A DNA stretch of 64,000 bases. Source: Enterobacteria phage vB_EcoM_IME281. The DNA is taken from sequence record MH051913. One strand, given 5' to 3'. Of the stretch, positions 34,468 through 43,677 are shown piece after piece; positions within the stretch are counted from its first letter, which is position 1, and every line of letters begins with the position of its first letter. A model generated the notes under the pieces. The model was not told where the DNA came from and did no database searches. It saw only the letters and a program-made list of their open reading frames with translations. The translations under genes were made by a program, and so were the position numbers.

Positions 34468-35220
34468 TGAAACTAATATCAATTGTAGGAATCAAACGTA
34501 GCGGTAAGGATACCGTTGCTAACTATGTAATTGAGAATATGGATTCCGTAAAATTCCAACTCGCTGGTCCTATTAAAAAGTATCTGGCTGAAGCTTATGA
34601 ATACATATCTGATGACCCTGTATTCGACCGTAGCTATATGCCTAAACTTGATTTTAACTGTTTTGAAGGTATCGGTTACGACCGTGAAGAAATCATTCCT
34701 TTAAAACCATATGATGTGGTTGATATTTTTGAAAATGCTATTGTTAAGCTGAATAATATCCTTCCTATTCCCGGAATTGATGTTCGTACCGCATATCATT
34801 ATGGTCTTACCCCGGTCCAATATCTGTCTGAAGAAACAAAAGACCAGCTATTTGAAGTAATAAATAAAAATAACAATTGGTCAGTACGTCGTCTCATGCA
34901 GACCCTTGGGACTGATATTATTGTTAACCAATTTGATAAGATGTATTGGGTTAAGTTGTTCGCTTTAGACTATTTTGATAAAATATACTCTGATGCGAAA
35001 TACTATGTCGTACCTGATGTTCGTCAAACACATGAAATTGATTCGCTCAGAGCGATGGGTGCTACGATTATTCATGTAGTTCGCGCTGAAACCGGTCAAG
35101 TACAAGACTCGCACATCACTGAAGCGGGTCTACCAATTTTACCTGGTGACGTTGTTGTTGAAAATAACGGCACTCTTTCTGAACTATACACTACTATTGA
35201 TAAATTATTAGGAAATAAAA

Positions 35221-35228
<8 letters not shown>
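34467..35228 (+). CDS. 1: gp1 deoxynucleoside monophosphate kinase
   Basis: 253 aa; P-loop-like N-terminus GIKRSGKDT; synteny. Confidence 0.85.
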
Positions 35229-36112
<884 letters not shown>

Positions 36113-36124
36113 TTTAAAAAAGGT

Positions 36125-36166
36125 GTTTACAAGGTCTATAGACATGATACTATAGGCCTATCAAAC
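36125..36166 (+). promoter_or_regulatory. PeSL-like early promoter cassette
   Basis: gtttacaaggtctatagacatgatactataggcctatcaa. Confidence 0.6.
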
Positions 36167-36190
36167 CAAACCAACCACATGGAAATCAAA

Positions 36191-36415
36191 ATGAAAACTT
36201 ATCAAGAATTTATTACAGAAGCTAAAAAACACGAAGACCAACTGCCGGTTGTTACAAAAACCTTTGACGGTACATTGGCCGATTTTAAAAAAGTCCCTAG
36301 TGATAGGCTCGCTAAATTGACCGGGAGTATCGGTGAAAAAGATGGCAAGGTCACGTTTTCTGCTCAAGGTACAGCCAATCTTAAAAAACTTTTGAAAGCC
36401 GCTGGCGCAGAATAA
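36191..36415 (+). CDS. CTS-bearing small protein (MKTYQEFITEAKK…)
   Basis: Start chosen at the MKTY methionine (alternative ATG at 36179). Confidence 0.55.
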   Translation: MKTYQEFITEAKKHEDQLPVVTKTFDGTLADFKKVPSDRLAKLTGSIGEKDGKVTFSAQGTANLKKLLKAAGAE

Positions 36416-36416
36416 A

Positions 36417-36689
36417 ATGAAAACTTATCAAGAATTTATCGCTGAATCTATTCTTAATGAGGAAGTAAAAATTAACAAATCTGTTAAGACTATGATTGAT
36501 GATATAAATCATCTCTATAACATTGATTTGACTAATCATGTAACTTTAGGCAATAAGCGAAACTTTTTTGTATTTGATACTTCAGAACTTGACCAGAATC
36601 AAATTAACAATATTGAACGTTTTGCTAATGAAAAAGGGTTGCGCCACGAGACGGCTGGTTATAAAAAGTATGCAATTTATTTAAAATAA
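36417..36689 (+). CDS. CTS-bearing small protein (MKTYQEFIAESIL…)
   Basis: 90 aa; conserved N-terminus. Confidence 0.55.
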   Translation: MKTYQEFIAESILNEEVKINKSVKTMIDDINHLYNIDLTNHVTLGNKRNFFVFDTSELDQNQINNIERFANEKGLRHETAGYKKYAIYLK

Positions 36690-36691
36690 TT

Positions 36692-36733
36692 GTTTACAAT
36701 GGGCTTTAGTGATGATACTATAGCCCTATCAAA
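36692..36733 (+). promoter_or_regulatory. PeSL-like early promoter cassette
   Basis: gtttacaatgggctttagtgatgatactatagccctatcaa. Confidence 0.6.
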
Positions 36734-36757
36734 ACAAATGAGTGATTGGAGAATAAA

Positions 36758-36943
36758 ATGAAACGTTGTGAATTAATTAGAAATGTTACTGCACTGACCG
36801 CCGTTACTGCTTTTGGCTTTAGTATGTTTGCAGGATTCATGTTGGATTTGCTTACAACTTCCGAGAATACAATCTCTTTAGTAGTGGCATTCTTAATTGG
36901 TTCAATCTCTTTCGTTATGGATAAAATCTCTAAAGGTGAATAA
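36758..36943 (+). CDS. Small hydrophobic (membrane) protein
   Basis: 61 aa; GGAG SD 6 nt upstream; two hydrophobic segments. Confidence 0.5.
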   Translation: MKRCELIRNVTALTAVTAFGFSMFAGFMLDLLTTSENTISLVVAFLIGSISFVMDKISKGE

Positions 36944-37344
36944 TGAACGTTGAATATTATGTATATGCGGATTACGAAAATAATCCGTCTAAAGATGAAG
37001 ATAACCGTTTAGGTGTAGATGCTTTTGAATCCCCTGCAGCGGCATGGCAATGGGTTGAAAGAACTGATATTCCTTACCGTTATATTGAAGTTGTCGACCA
37101 CGCAGGAAACAAGTATCCTAAGGAAGCATATGTTCCTTCCGGAAAGGTAAATTTCCTTTTGTTTGCGGGTGATAATTATTATCCACGCGGCGGGTATACT
37201 GATTTAATCGCTAAAGCCTTCTCTGAAGATGAACTGCGCGATATCATTAAAGAAAACGAGAATAAGCCTCTTTACGGTTCTAATCGTTTTGGCTGGTGGC
37301 AGATTGTTAATGCCAATACCCACACTATTGTAGACGAGGGTTAA
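36943..37344 (+). CDS. Hypothetical protein
   Basis: 133 aa ORF, translationally coupled. Confidence 0.5.
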   Translation: MNVEYYVYADYENNPSKDEDNRLGVDAFESPAAAWQWVERTDIPYRYIEVVDHAGNKYPKEAYVPSGKVNFLLFAGDNYYPRGGYTDLIAKAFSEDELRDIIKENENKPLYGSNRFGWWQIVNANTHTIVDEG

Positions 37345-37635
37345 ATGTTATACGTTAAGGTTACTAATCCAGAGAATGGCTATAAATCCGATCAGGTTGC
37401 AGCTGAGTTGTTGATTCGAAATTACGGCAAAGATGCTGTGCTTGATGTTCAACAGGTTAATATTGGCCGTAGTTCAAGCGATGTTAAACTCAAAGTTAAC
37501 AGCCAACGCTATAATTCTGTTAACTTTACTTTTTATACGGCAAATGAAAATGGGTTGGTCGAATATGACATCTTTAAAAATCCTTTGAAAATTGCTTCTA
37601 TTAAACTTGATTATATTAATATGTGGCCACAATGA
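37345..37635 (+). CDS. Hypothetical protein
   Basis: 96 aa ORF. Confidence 0.5.
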   Translation: MLYVKVTNPENGYKSDQVAAELLIRNYGKDAVLDVQQVNIGRSSSDVKLKVNSQRYNSVNFTFYTANENGLVEYDIFKNPLKIASIKLDYINMWPQ

Positions 37636-38108
37636 ATATTAAATTCGGACAAATTATCCCTAAAGGTTATGCAATTGAAATTGAAACCTGGGAAAATGAT
37701 GGCGATAACTATAAAACCCAGACTGTATTTGGCGTAGAAGAACATGAAATCCAACAGTACAAATATATCCTAGAACTTTTCCATGGTTCTCATTGCAACA
37801 ACCCGGATAAATGTGGTAATTCGGAATGGGACGTAGTTAAGCATCTGGTTATTGCCCACATTGAATCGGGTGTAAAATCAGGCCAGTTGACCCCTGAATT
37901 TTTAGATAAGGCCCTCGGTATCCAAGACTTAGAAGCCTTGCTGAATGACGACGAGGAAGAATACTACTTGAATGAAGCCCTTACTGAGCTCCTTGGTATG
38001 GCTTGTGAATATGATGGTGATTTCATCCGTGTAATTTCTTACGTTAAGCTGTATATTATTGAAGAAGAAATTAAAATCCCTGATGTGAAAGCACTTGATA
38101 TGCTTTAA
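37632..38108 (+). CDS. Hypothetical acidic protein
   Basis: ATGA overlap with upstream stop; 158 aa. Confidence 0.5.
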   Translation: MNIKFGQIIPKGYAIEIETWENDGDNYKTQTVFGVEEHEIQQYKYILELFHGSHCNNPDKCGNSEWDVVKHLVIAHIESGVKSGQLTPEFLDKALGIQDLEALLNDDEEEYYLNEALTELLGMACEYDGDFIRVISYVKLYIIEEEIKIPDVKALDML

Positions 38109-38237
38109 GAATTATGTGATATTATTACTCTATCATTAATACCCTCTATTACCAAAGGTTCTTCCCTCAAAGAGCCTTTCATAATAGACAAGGTCTATTA
38201 ATCAAACTTACTTTACTTAATTTTATTTGAGGTGTTT

Positions 38238-38504
38238 ATGTTAGTATTAAAATTAGCTTTTTATGACCCAGAAACCAAGACAACAACTACTAAACGTTGT
38301 TCTATTTCATATGAATGCCAATTTGGCGAAGTTGAGACCGACGGCGAGCCCTTTATGGCAATTGCCGATAGCACATTCGCTAAACCAAAAATAATTCCAC
38401 TAGTTAATGCTGCGGCTTATCTGGTTGCTCCTGAAGAAATGACTTATCATACAATTCAGCACATGGCTAAAGATGATAATGCTCCTGCTGGATTTGTAAT
38501 TTAA
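38238..38504 (+). CDS. Hypothetical protein immediately upstream of the tRNA cluster
   Basis: ATG with GAGGTG SD; 88 aa. Confidence 0.45.
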   Translation: MLVLKLAFYDPETKTTTTKRCSISYECQFGEVETDGEPFMAIADSTFAKPKIIPLVNAAAYLVAPEEMTYHTIQHMAKDDNAPAGFVI

Positions 38505-38509
38505 ATTAA

Positions 38510-38583
38510 GGCCCTGTAGCTGGACGGTCAAGCGAGCGACTCATAATCGCTGGATGGTGGTTCGATTCCACCCAGGGCCACCA
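38510..38583 (+). tRNA. tRNA with CAT anticodon (Met or Ile2-type), CCA encoded
   Basis: Hand-folded cloverleaf: acceptor GGCCCTG/CAGGGCC, anticodon stem AGCGA/TCGCT, loop CTCATAA, T-arm GGTGG-TTCGATT-CCACC. Confidence 0.7.
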
Positions 38584-38587
38584 ATTT

Positions 38588-38662
38588 GGATGTGTAGCTC
38601 AGCGGTAGAGCAGTTGACTGTTAATCAATTGGTCCATGGTTCGAATCCATGCATGTCCGCCA
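38588..38662 (+). tRNA. tRNA-Asn (GTT anticodon), CCA encoded
   Basis: D-stem GCTC/GAGC, anticodon loop CTGTTAA, T-arm CATGG-TTCGAAT-CCATG, acceptor with two G-U pairs. Confidence 0.7.
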
Positions 38663-38666
38663 AATA

Positions 38667-38742
38667 CGAGGCATAGCTCAGAAGGAAGAGCAACGGTCTT
38701 CTAAACCGTAGGTCGTAGGTTCGATCCCTACTGTCTCGACCA
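38667..38742 (+). tRNA. tRNA-Arg (TCT anticodon), CCA encoded
   Basis: D-stem GCTC/GAGC, anticodon stem ACGGT/ACCGT, loop CTTCTAA, T-arm GTAGG-TTCGATC-CCTAC. Confidence 0.75.
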
Positions 38743-38910
38743 AACAAGAAACCGGGTCGCTACCGGTAAGTCGTCGGACTGAAGCTCCCTGAATAAGACC
38801 CGACTTTAAGGCGTACATGAGTTGACCTCTTAAAGTCCCTTATCTCACAGCTGAAACGGCGCACCGAACACTTGCCTAGCAGGTGGAACCCCGACAAGGT
38901 TACCCTAGGT
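38743..38910 (+). ncRNA. Candidate small stable RNA downstream of the tRNAs (analogous in position to T4 RNA C/D)
   Basis: About 170 nt non-coding, GC-richer, several internal inverted repeats, ends at a strong terminator. Confidence 0.3.
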
Positions 38911-38913
38911 GAA

Positions 38914-38943
38914 AGGCCCTTCCGAAAGGTTGGGCCTTTTTTT
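38914..38943 (+). terminator. Intrinsic terminator (aggccc…gggcct + TTTTTTT); copy 1 of a duplicated module
   Basis: Stem followed by T-run; near-identical copy at 39538. Confidence 0.7.
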
Positions 38944-38944
38944 G

Positions 38945-38952
38945 TATAAATA
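38945..38952 (+). promoter_or_regulatory. Late promoter box TATAAATA
   Basis: 27 nt upstream of the ATG at 38979. Confidence 0.55.
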
Positions 38953-38978
38953 TACAGTAAACTAACTTAGGAAATAAT

Positions 38979-39533
38979 ATGAAACTTTTAAAATATTTGA
39001 GTTGGATTCTGTTGGTCCCACTAGATTTTATCTCTATGGTTCTAGCCGTTATCCTTGCGCCTTTTGTGGTTCCTTTTCATAATAAAAAGACTGGTAAATT
39101 GCCATACGGTTTTGATTGGATGATGACATACGATAATCCAATTGACGGCGATAAAGGTCATATTAAACGTTGGGCTAAAATCAGGAAAATGCCTGGTGGT
39201 GTTTATCTCCAGAGAGTAGCTTGGCTATGGCGAAATAAAGCTTATAACTTTGCTTATCATAAACTAGGCCGTGATTGTAGCTCGGAATTCCATTATCGTG
39301 GTAATCCTGACGTAGAATCAGGTTCTCCTGATAAAGCTCACCATGGTTGGTTGTGGATGTGGAATGATGACGCCTGGGGTGTATTTGCTTCAGTTCCTTA
39401 TCTTAAGGTCGGCGGAATCACATTTTACCTTCGCGTGTACTGTGGCTGGAAGCTTAAGAGTCTTTTGTCTCGTAAAATCCCTAAAGCTATGTTGGCCTTC
39501 CACGTGAACCCGTTCCGGTTCTACAAGAACTGA
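38979..39533 (+). CDS. Late-promoter-driven protein with N-terminal transmembrane anchor, Trp-rich C-terminal domain
   Basis: 184 aa; N-terminal hydrophobic helix LSWILLVPLDFISMVLAVILAPFVVPF. Confidence 0.5.
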   Translation: MKLLKYLSWILLVPLDFISMVLAVILAPFVVPFHNKKTGKLPYGFDWMMTYDNPIDGDKGHIKRWAKIRKMPGGVYLQRVAWLWRNKAYNFAYHKLGRDCSSEFHYRGNPDVESGSPDKAHHGWLWMWNDDAWGVFASVPYLKVGGITFYLRVYCGWKLKSLLSRKIPKAMLAFHVNPFRFYKN

Positions 39534-39537
39534 TTTA

Positions 39538-39565
39538 CGGCCCTTCCGAAAGGTTGGGCCTTTTT
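39538..39565 (+). terminator. Intrinsic terminator, copy 2 (ggccc-ttccgaaaggtt-gggcc + TTTTT)
   Basis: Same sequence as the 38914 terminator. Confidence 0.7.
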
Positions 39566-39566
39566 G

Positions 39567-39574
39567 TATAAATA
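39567..39574 (+). promoter_or_regulatory. Late promoter box TATAAATA
   Basis: 29 nt upstream of the ATG at 39603. Confidence 0.55.
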
Positions 39575-39602
39575 GATAAGTTAATTAACACAGGAAACAA
39601 TA

Positions 39603-40220
39603 ATGAAAACTTACAATGAATTTTTGAACGAAAGCGTTCTGAATGAAGCCGGCGTGCGCATGACTAAAGATATGTGGCAAGCTGCTTATGATAAAATTTC
39701 CGGGACTAAAACCACTACCGAGTTCTTTAAAAACGTTTATGATATGTATGGTTTTGATACTAGTAGCCAGAAAGAATATTACAAAGCTTCCAAAGCTTTT
39801 AAAGATATCGTAGCCGGTGGCTCTACTAAGCCTGCTAAACCTGCTAAAGCTCCTGTTGCTAAACCTGCGGCTCAGCCCAAAGTTGCAGCACCGAAACCTA
39901 CACCTAAACCAGAACCTGTAAAAGAAGCTCCTAAATCTAAAATCAAGTTTGACACCAGCACTATAGTTAAAAAATATAACCAACTGGCTTCTTTAGTTTC
40001 TGAAATCGAATCTGAAACTAAACACCTTGTTCGTGAATTCAACGCTCTTCGTAACGGTCAACACATTAACAACCTGGATACCCCAGACCTGTATCGTCTC
40101 TATCTGACGGTTGAAGGCCTTAAGTATACCCAGCCTATGCGCGAAGAAATCAATAACAAACTTCGCCAAGCGGGCCGCATTGCTGGTGACGCAGCACAGT
40201 TCGAAAAGACTCGTAAATAA
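39603..40220 (+). CDS. CTS-bearing lysine-rich protein with Pro/Ala/Lys linker (IPIII-like candidate internal protein)
   Basis: 205 aa; N-terminal MKTYNEFLNESVL; KPAKPAKAPVAKPAAQPKVAAPKPTPKPEP linker; late promoter upstream. Confidence 0.55.
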   Translation: MKTYNEFLNESVLNEAGVRMTKDMWQAAYDKISGTKTTTEFFKNVYDMYGFDTSSQKEYYKASKAFKDIVAGGSTKPAKPAKAPVAKPAAQPKVAAPKPTPKPEPVKEAPKSKIKFDTSTIVKKYNQLASLVSEIESETKHLVREFNALRNGQHINNLDTPDLYRLYLTVEGLKYTQPMREEINNKLRQAGRIAGDAAQFEKTRK

Positions 40221-40224
40221 TGAA

Positions 40225-40245
40225 AGGAGACTTCGGTCTCCTTTT
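40225..40245 (+). terminator. UUCG hairpin terminator (aggagac-ttcg-gtctcct + TTT)
   Basis: 7-bp stem with CTTCGG loop. Confidence 0.6.
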
Positions 40246-40279
40246 AGGGGGTTTAATCTAAAAATAATTTCACAAAGTT

Positions 40280-40322
40280 GTTTACACCTCCTTTAAACAT
40301 GATACTATAGACCTATCAAAAC
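40280..40322 (+). promoter_or_regulatory. PeSL-like early promoter cassette
   Basis: gtttacacctcctttaaacatgatactatagacctatcaaaac. Confidence 0.6.
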
Positions 40323-40343
40323 AACAGAGTGAAGGAGAGTAAA

Positions 40344-40607
40344 ATGGATAATTATGGTGAATTGTTTAATTTCTTTATGAAATGCGTTCCTGAAGAATTT
40401 GGTGCTACTGTTAACGATATTAAAGTTATCGGTCCTGAACACCCAGTGTATGAAACCTATGCAGTAATGGGTAATGAAGATGGACAGTGGTATACAATTA
40501 AAGTTGTGATTAGTATGTTCTCAGCTGAAGGCTACGCCAAATCGTCTACCAAAGTTTATCATGATAACGATTTTGATGCGGAAGAGTATTTCAATAATAT
40601 GAAATAA
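40344..40607 (+). CDS. Hypothetical protein
   Basis: AAGGAGAG SD upstream of ATG; 87 aa. Confidence 0.5.
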   Translation: MDNYGELFNFFMKCVPEEFGATVNDIKVIGPEHPVYETYAVMGNEDGQWYTIKVVISMFSAEGYAKSSTKVYHDNDFDAEEYFNNMK

Positions 40608-40609
40608 TT

Positions 40610-40650
40610 GTTTACATGGGCTCATGATTAAGATATTATGAGCCCATAAT
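40610..40650 (+). promoter_or_regulatory. PeSL-like early promoter (variant stem tgggctcat…atgagccca)
   Basis: gtttacatgggctcatgattaagatattatgagccca. Confidence 0.55.
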
Positions 40651-40664
40651 TTGAGGAGAACATA

Positions 40665-41063
40665 ATGAATATCGAAGATAAAGAAATGCAAGAGTTGTAT
40701 AATTCATTAACGCCTGAACAACAAAAAGCTGCCAAAGAATTAGAGAAAGCTCTTGCTTTCAACTTGGCAAAAACTGATTGGGCTGCCATGTATGAAGAAA
40801 AAACTAGATTAGAACTTGAAGCTGCTGAGAGAAATGAATGGATTGTCGAAACCAAGATTTCTGATGGTGGTTGCTCTGTTGAGGTGTCAGCTGTAGTTAA
40901 AGGCACTCATGGCGAAAAATCATGGGGTTGGCATAATGAAGCAAACAAACATATTGTTCTCTCAACGTCAAAAACTTATGGCCAAAGGGCTCCTGTATCC
41001 AAAGCTATTATTAAGCAAGCTCAATGGGAAGCCAATGAAATCTGCCTCGCAAAAATGAAATAA
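40665..41063 (+). CDS. Hypothetical protein
   Basis: 132 aa; GAGGAG SD. Confidence 0.5.
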   Translation: MNIEDKEMQELYNSLTPEQQKAAKELEKALAFNLAKTDWAAMYEEKTRLELEAAERNEWIVETKISDGGCSVEVSAVVKGTHGEKSWGWHNEANKHIVLSTSKTYGQRAPVSKAIIKQAQWEANEICLAKMK

Positions 41064-41066
41064 AAT

Positions 41067-41103
41067 GTTTACATCCCTCAGAGGACAGGGTATAATGTCC
41101 TCA
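41067..41103 (+). promoter_or_regulatory. PeSL-like early promoter (GTTTAC -35, TATAAT inside gaggaca…tgtcctc stem)
   Basis: gtttacatccctcagaggacagggtataatgtcctc. Confidence 0.55.
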
Positions 41104-41138
41104 TGGATTATAAATCTTAATCAACTGAAGGAAATACT

Positions 41139-41732
41139 ATGAACACTTTAAAGAAAATCGTTGAATTCATCCGTTCTAAACTGGGTACTGCAATGGCTCA
41201 GAACCTGTCAATCGAAGACCAATACACCAAAGCTGCTTCTACCCTGATTGATAAGATTACTGAACTCCAGACTGCTCATGTTAAGTCCGTGAATGAAGAA
41301 AAACGTATTCGTGCGTTGGCTAATGAAAAAGACCAGCTTGCTGCTTCTAAAGAACGTGAAATTCGTAAACTGATTGCCGAAGGCGCTGATGTCCAGGTAC
41401 ATGCTAAACTTGGCCTCCTTTATCGTCGTACAGCTACTCAGCTTCGTAAGAAAGCCGATGATTATATCGAAATGCGTAATGAAATTAAACTGAAGGTCAA
41501 GGAACTTGATGACTCTCGTCAAGAACTGGCTGTTAAGCTCGAGTACATCCGTGAAACTCGTAATATGGCTGCCCTTGGTATTGCTACTGCCGATGATGTT
41601 GTTGAAATCGCTGCACTGACTAAGATTGATATTGAAGATACCCTGCTGCGTGTAGAAACGTTTAAAGGCCCACAAGTTGGAATGGATACGACTTCTGCCG
41701 ATATCGACGACTACATTAATTCACTTAAGTAA
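41139..41732 (+). CDS. Coiled-coil protein (possible PspA/IM30-like fold; weak)
   Basis: 197 aa, almost entirely heptad-like helical sequence. Confidence 0.45.
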   Translation: MNTLKKIVEFIRSKLGTAMAQNLSIEDQYTKAASTLIDKITELQTAHVKSVNEEKRIRALANEKDQLAASKEREIRKLIAEGADVQVHAKLGLLYRRTATQLRKKADDYIEMRNEIKLKVKELDDSRQELAVKLEYIRETRNMAALGIATADDVVEIAALTKIDIEDTLLRVETFKGPQVGMDTTSADIDDYINSLK

Positions 41733-41739
41733 TGTTACT

Positions 41740-41762
41740 GGGAGACTTCGGTCTCCCTATTT
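41740..41762 (+). terminator. UUCG hairpin terminator (gggagac-ttcg-gtctccc)
   Basis: Same stem as at 3619 and 40225. Confidence 0.6.
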
Positions 41763-41780
41763 GGAGGAGAGGAGAATATT

Positions 41781-42323
41781 ATGAGTTTATATGACGACCT
41801 GATATCAAATATTGATTGGTTTAAGCATAGTGGTCTTTCACATGAAACTAATTCAGTTCTTTATAGAATTCGCCAAGACTTAGGTTATTCCAATGATTTC
41901 TTAAGTCGAACAAATAGCCGTGGATACACTAGCAAATTACCTTTTATCTTTGCTTTAGCTGAGGACCTTTCTTTTGCAGAAGCTTTAGAAATTATTGACT
42001 TAAATCTGGGTATTCAACGAGTGGAATTCGCTGGATTATGCTATTCAGTATACGCTTTAAATGAACCGAGTGATTGTAAACAGCTTGTTGATGCTGACGA
42101 TGATTACCATTTAGTATGCTATTTGATGTTAGAAAATGGTGACCACTTTGGTATGGTCGACCGCCGCCCGAGTTATTCGGATATTAAAAATTACGATAAA
42201 GATGAGCTTATTATTTTGGCTAATGAGTATACATCAGAGATTCGAAAACAACAACGGAAGCTTAATCGTTTTATTGCTGAATGTCGCGAATACGCTAAAG
42301 AGGTTCAAAATGGAGCGGCCTAG
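41781..42323 (+). CDS. Hypothetical protein (C-terminal …NRFIAECRE motif)
   Basis: 180 aa ORF. Confidence 0.5.
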   Translation: MSLYDDLISNIDWFKHSGLSHETNSVLYRIRQDLGYSNDFLSRTNSRGYTSKLPFIFALAEDLSFAEALEIIDLNLGIQRVEFAGLCYSVYALNEPSDCKQLVDADDDYHLVCYLMLENGDHFGMVDRRPSYSDIKNYDKDELIILANEYTSEIRKQQRKLNRFIAECREYAKEVQNGAA

Positions 42324-42663
42324 TCTTTCATCACATGTTTATCAATTGACTGAATATGATATTGGTGCCAATTTATTATTAGGGATTGTTACAGCCATGC
42401 TTGGTGGCTTAATTGGCCTGGTAATGACCGTGGTTATGGCTGTAATCGAAGGAGTCACACCTATTGAGATGGGGTTCTATATGATAATCGCTCCGGCAGT
42501 TGTGGCCTATTTTATCCCTGTTGTGTATGATATTTGCCATACAAACGCTTTGAATGCTCCAATCCGTAAGAGATATGCTTTAGAGATGGCTAATTATAAT
42601 GAGTATGTAAATCAAACTAAACGTAATGACCTTGAAATCTTTATTAAGGAATGTAAATCATGA
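42310..42663 (+). CDS. Membrane protein with C-terminal …FIKECKS motif
   Basis: Start at MERPSLSS with AAAGAGG SD; two hydrophobic helices. Confidence 0.45.
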   Translation: MERPSLSSHVYQLTEYDIGANLLLGIVTAMLGGLIGLVMTVVMAVIEGVTPIEMGFYMIIAPAVVAYFIPVVYDICHTNALNAPIRKRYALEMANYNEYVNQTKRNDLEIFIKECKS

Positions 42664-42950
42664 ATAAAATTGAAATTGAAATCCCAGAACACAACGACGA
42701 GAAATCTGCAGAAAAGGCTATCTATGCTCTTCTGAATAAAGTGAATACCATCGAACATGAATGTGAAGCTATTGCCGATAAGTATGGTATCCAATTCGGT
42801 ACCGGTGATTATGGTTCAGGCCGTACATATTATCCTGTCGGTTATGAATGCTCCCAGTGGTTTAAAGATGAAATTGAAAACAACGGCGGTGAAGTTGAAA
42901 ATGGTGTCGTTACAGTTGGTGCTTGGGTCTCCTCTTCGGCAATGTGCTAA
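42660..42950 (+). CDS. Array member 1: small acidic protein ending …AWVSSSAMC
   Basis: ATGA-coupled start; 96 aa. Confidence 0.55.
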   Translation: MNKIEIEIPEHNDEKSAEKAIYALLNKVNTIEHECEAIADKYGIQFGTGDYGSGRTYYPVGYECSQWFKDEIENNGGEVENGVVTVGAWVSSSAMC

Positions 42951-42959
42951 GGAAACGCT

Positions 42960-43241
42960 ATGATGAATGATTACCGTAAAAATAAAGAGCTGGCTGAAGC
43001 AGTAAATGATATTCATAAAGCTATTCGTCGTGCTGAGGAAATTGCAGACAAATATGAGACTCATTTTAATATATACCCTGCTCGCGGTATGGGCGGTGAC
43101 TATTATTCTCCTGGCGCCCTGAAAGCCGACCTTGCTCACTGGGAAGAATACGGTGAAGCTCAGTACGCTATTGTAAACCAACATGATTACACTACCAGCC
43201 TAGAAAATGGTGGATGGGTATCCTCTTCTTCTGAATGTTAA
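42960..43241 (+). CDS. Array member 2: small acidic protein ending …GWVSSSSEC
   Basis: 93 aa; TAAGGA SD overlapping upstream stop. Confidence 0.55.
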   Translation: MMNDYRKNKELAEAVNDIHKAIRRAEEIADKYETHFNIYPARGMGGDYYSPGALKADLAHWEEYGEAQYAIVNQHDYTTSLENGGWVSSSSEC

Positions 43242-43250
43242 GGAATTATT

Positions 43251-43448
43251 ATGTCTCGTGAACTAGATTGTGCAATCCGTACTGCCGCGGCGGCTATTGA
43301 AAACGTTATCCAGATTTGCAAAGAAGAACGTGAAGAAGCTGATATCTATATCGATGGTCAACGTGACCTGGAACGTCATATCACGCTTTATAACGGTTGT
43401 ATTACTATTAGTGGTACCTCTTGGGTGTCCTCCTCTTACGAATGCTAA
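43251..43448 (+). CDS. Array member 3: small acidic protein ending …SWVSSSYEC
   Basis: 65 aa. Confidence 0.55.
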   Translation: MSRELDCAIRTAAAAIENVIQICKEEREEADIYIDGQRDLERHITLYNGCITISGTSWVSSSYEC

Positions 43449-43457
43449 GGAAATAAA

Positions 43458-43667
43458 ATGACTATTGATGAAATTGAAAAACAAATCCGTGAATTAGTAC
43501 GTAAAGGTCAGTCCGTGGCTGACGAAACAGGTCAGCACTTCCACGCCGGCGGCGAAGAATATATTCCAGCTTCTAGTCCGGAATATGGCGATTACGAATG
43601 GGCCCGTGATGATTACGGTATTCCTGAAGGTGAAGGTTTCTGGTTTAGCTCCTCTATGTCTTGCTAA
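43458..43667 (+). CDS. Array member 4: small acidic protein ending …FWFSSSMSC
   Basis: 69 aa. Confidence 0.55.
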   Translation: MTIDEIEKQIRELVRKGQSVADETGQHFHAGGEEYIPASSPEYGDYEWARDDYGIPEGEGFWFSSSMSC

Positions 43668-43677
43668 GGTGATAAAA

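Noticed and set aside
38743-38910. A fourth tRNA after tRNA-Arg
   Set aside because: Could not fold a cloverleaf with T-arm and acceptor stem by hand; kept only as a candidate structured RNA.
42136-42663. Long form (175 aa) of the membrane-protein ORF
   Set aside because: The first 58 codons overlap the preceding gene; internal ATG at 42310 has an AAAGAGG SD and starts the hydrophobic protein.
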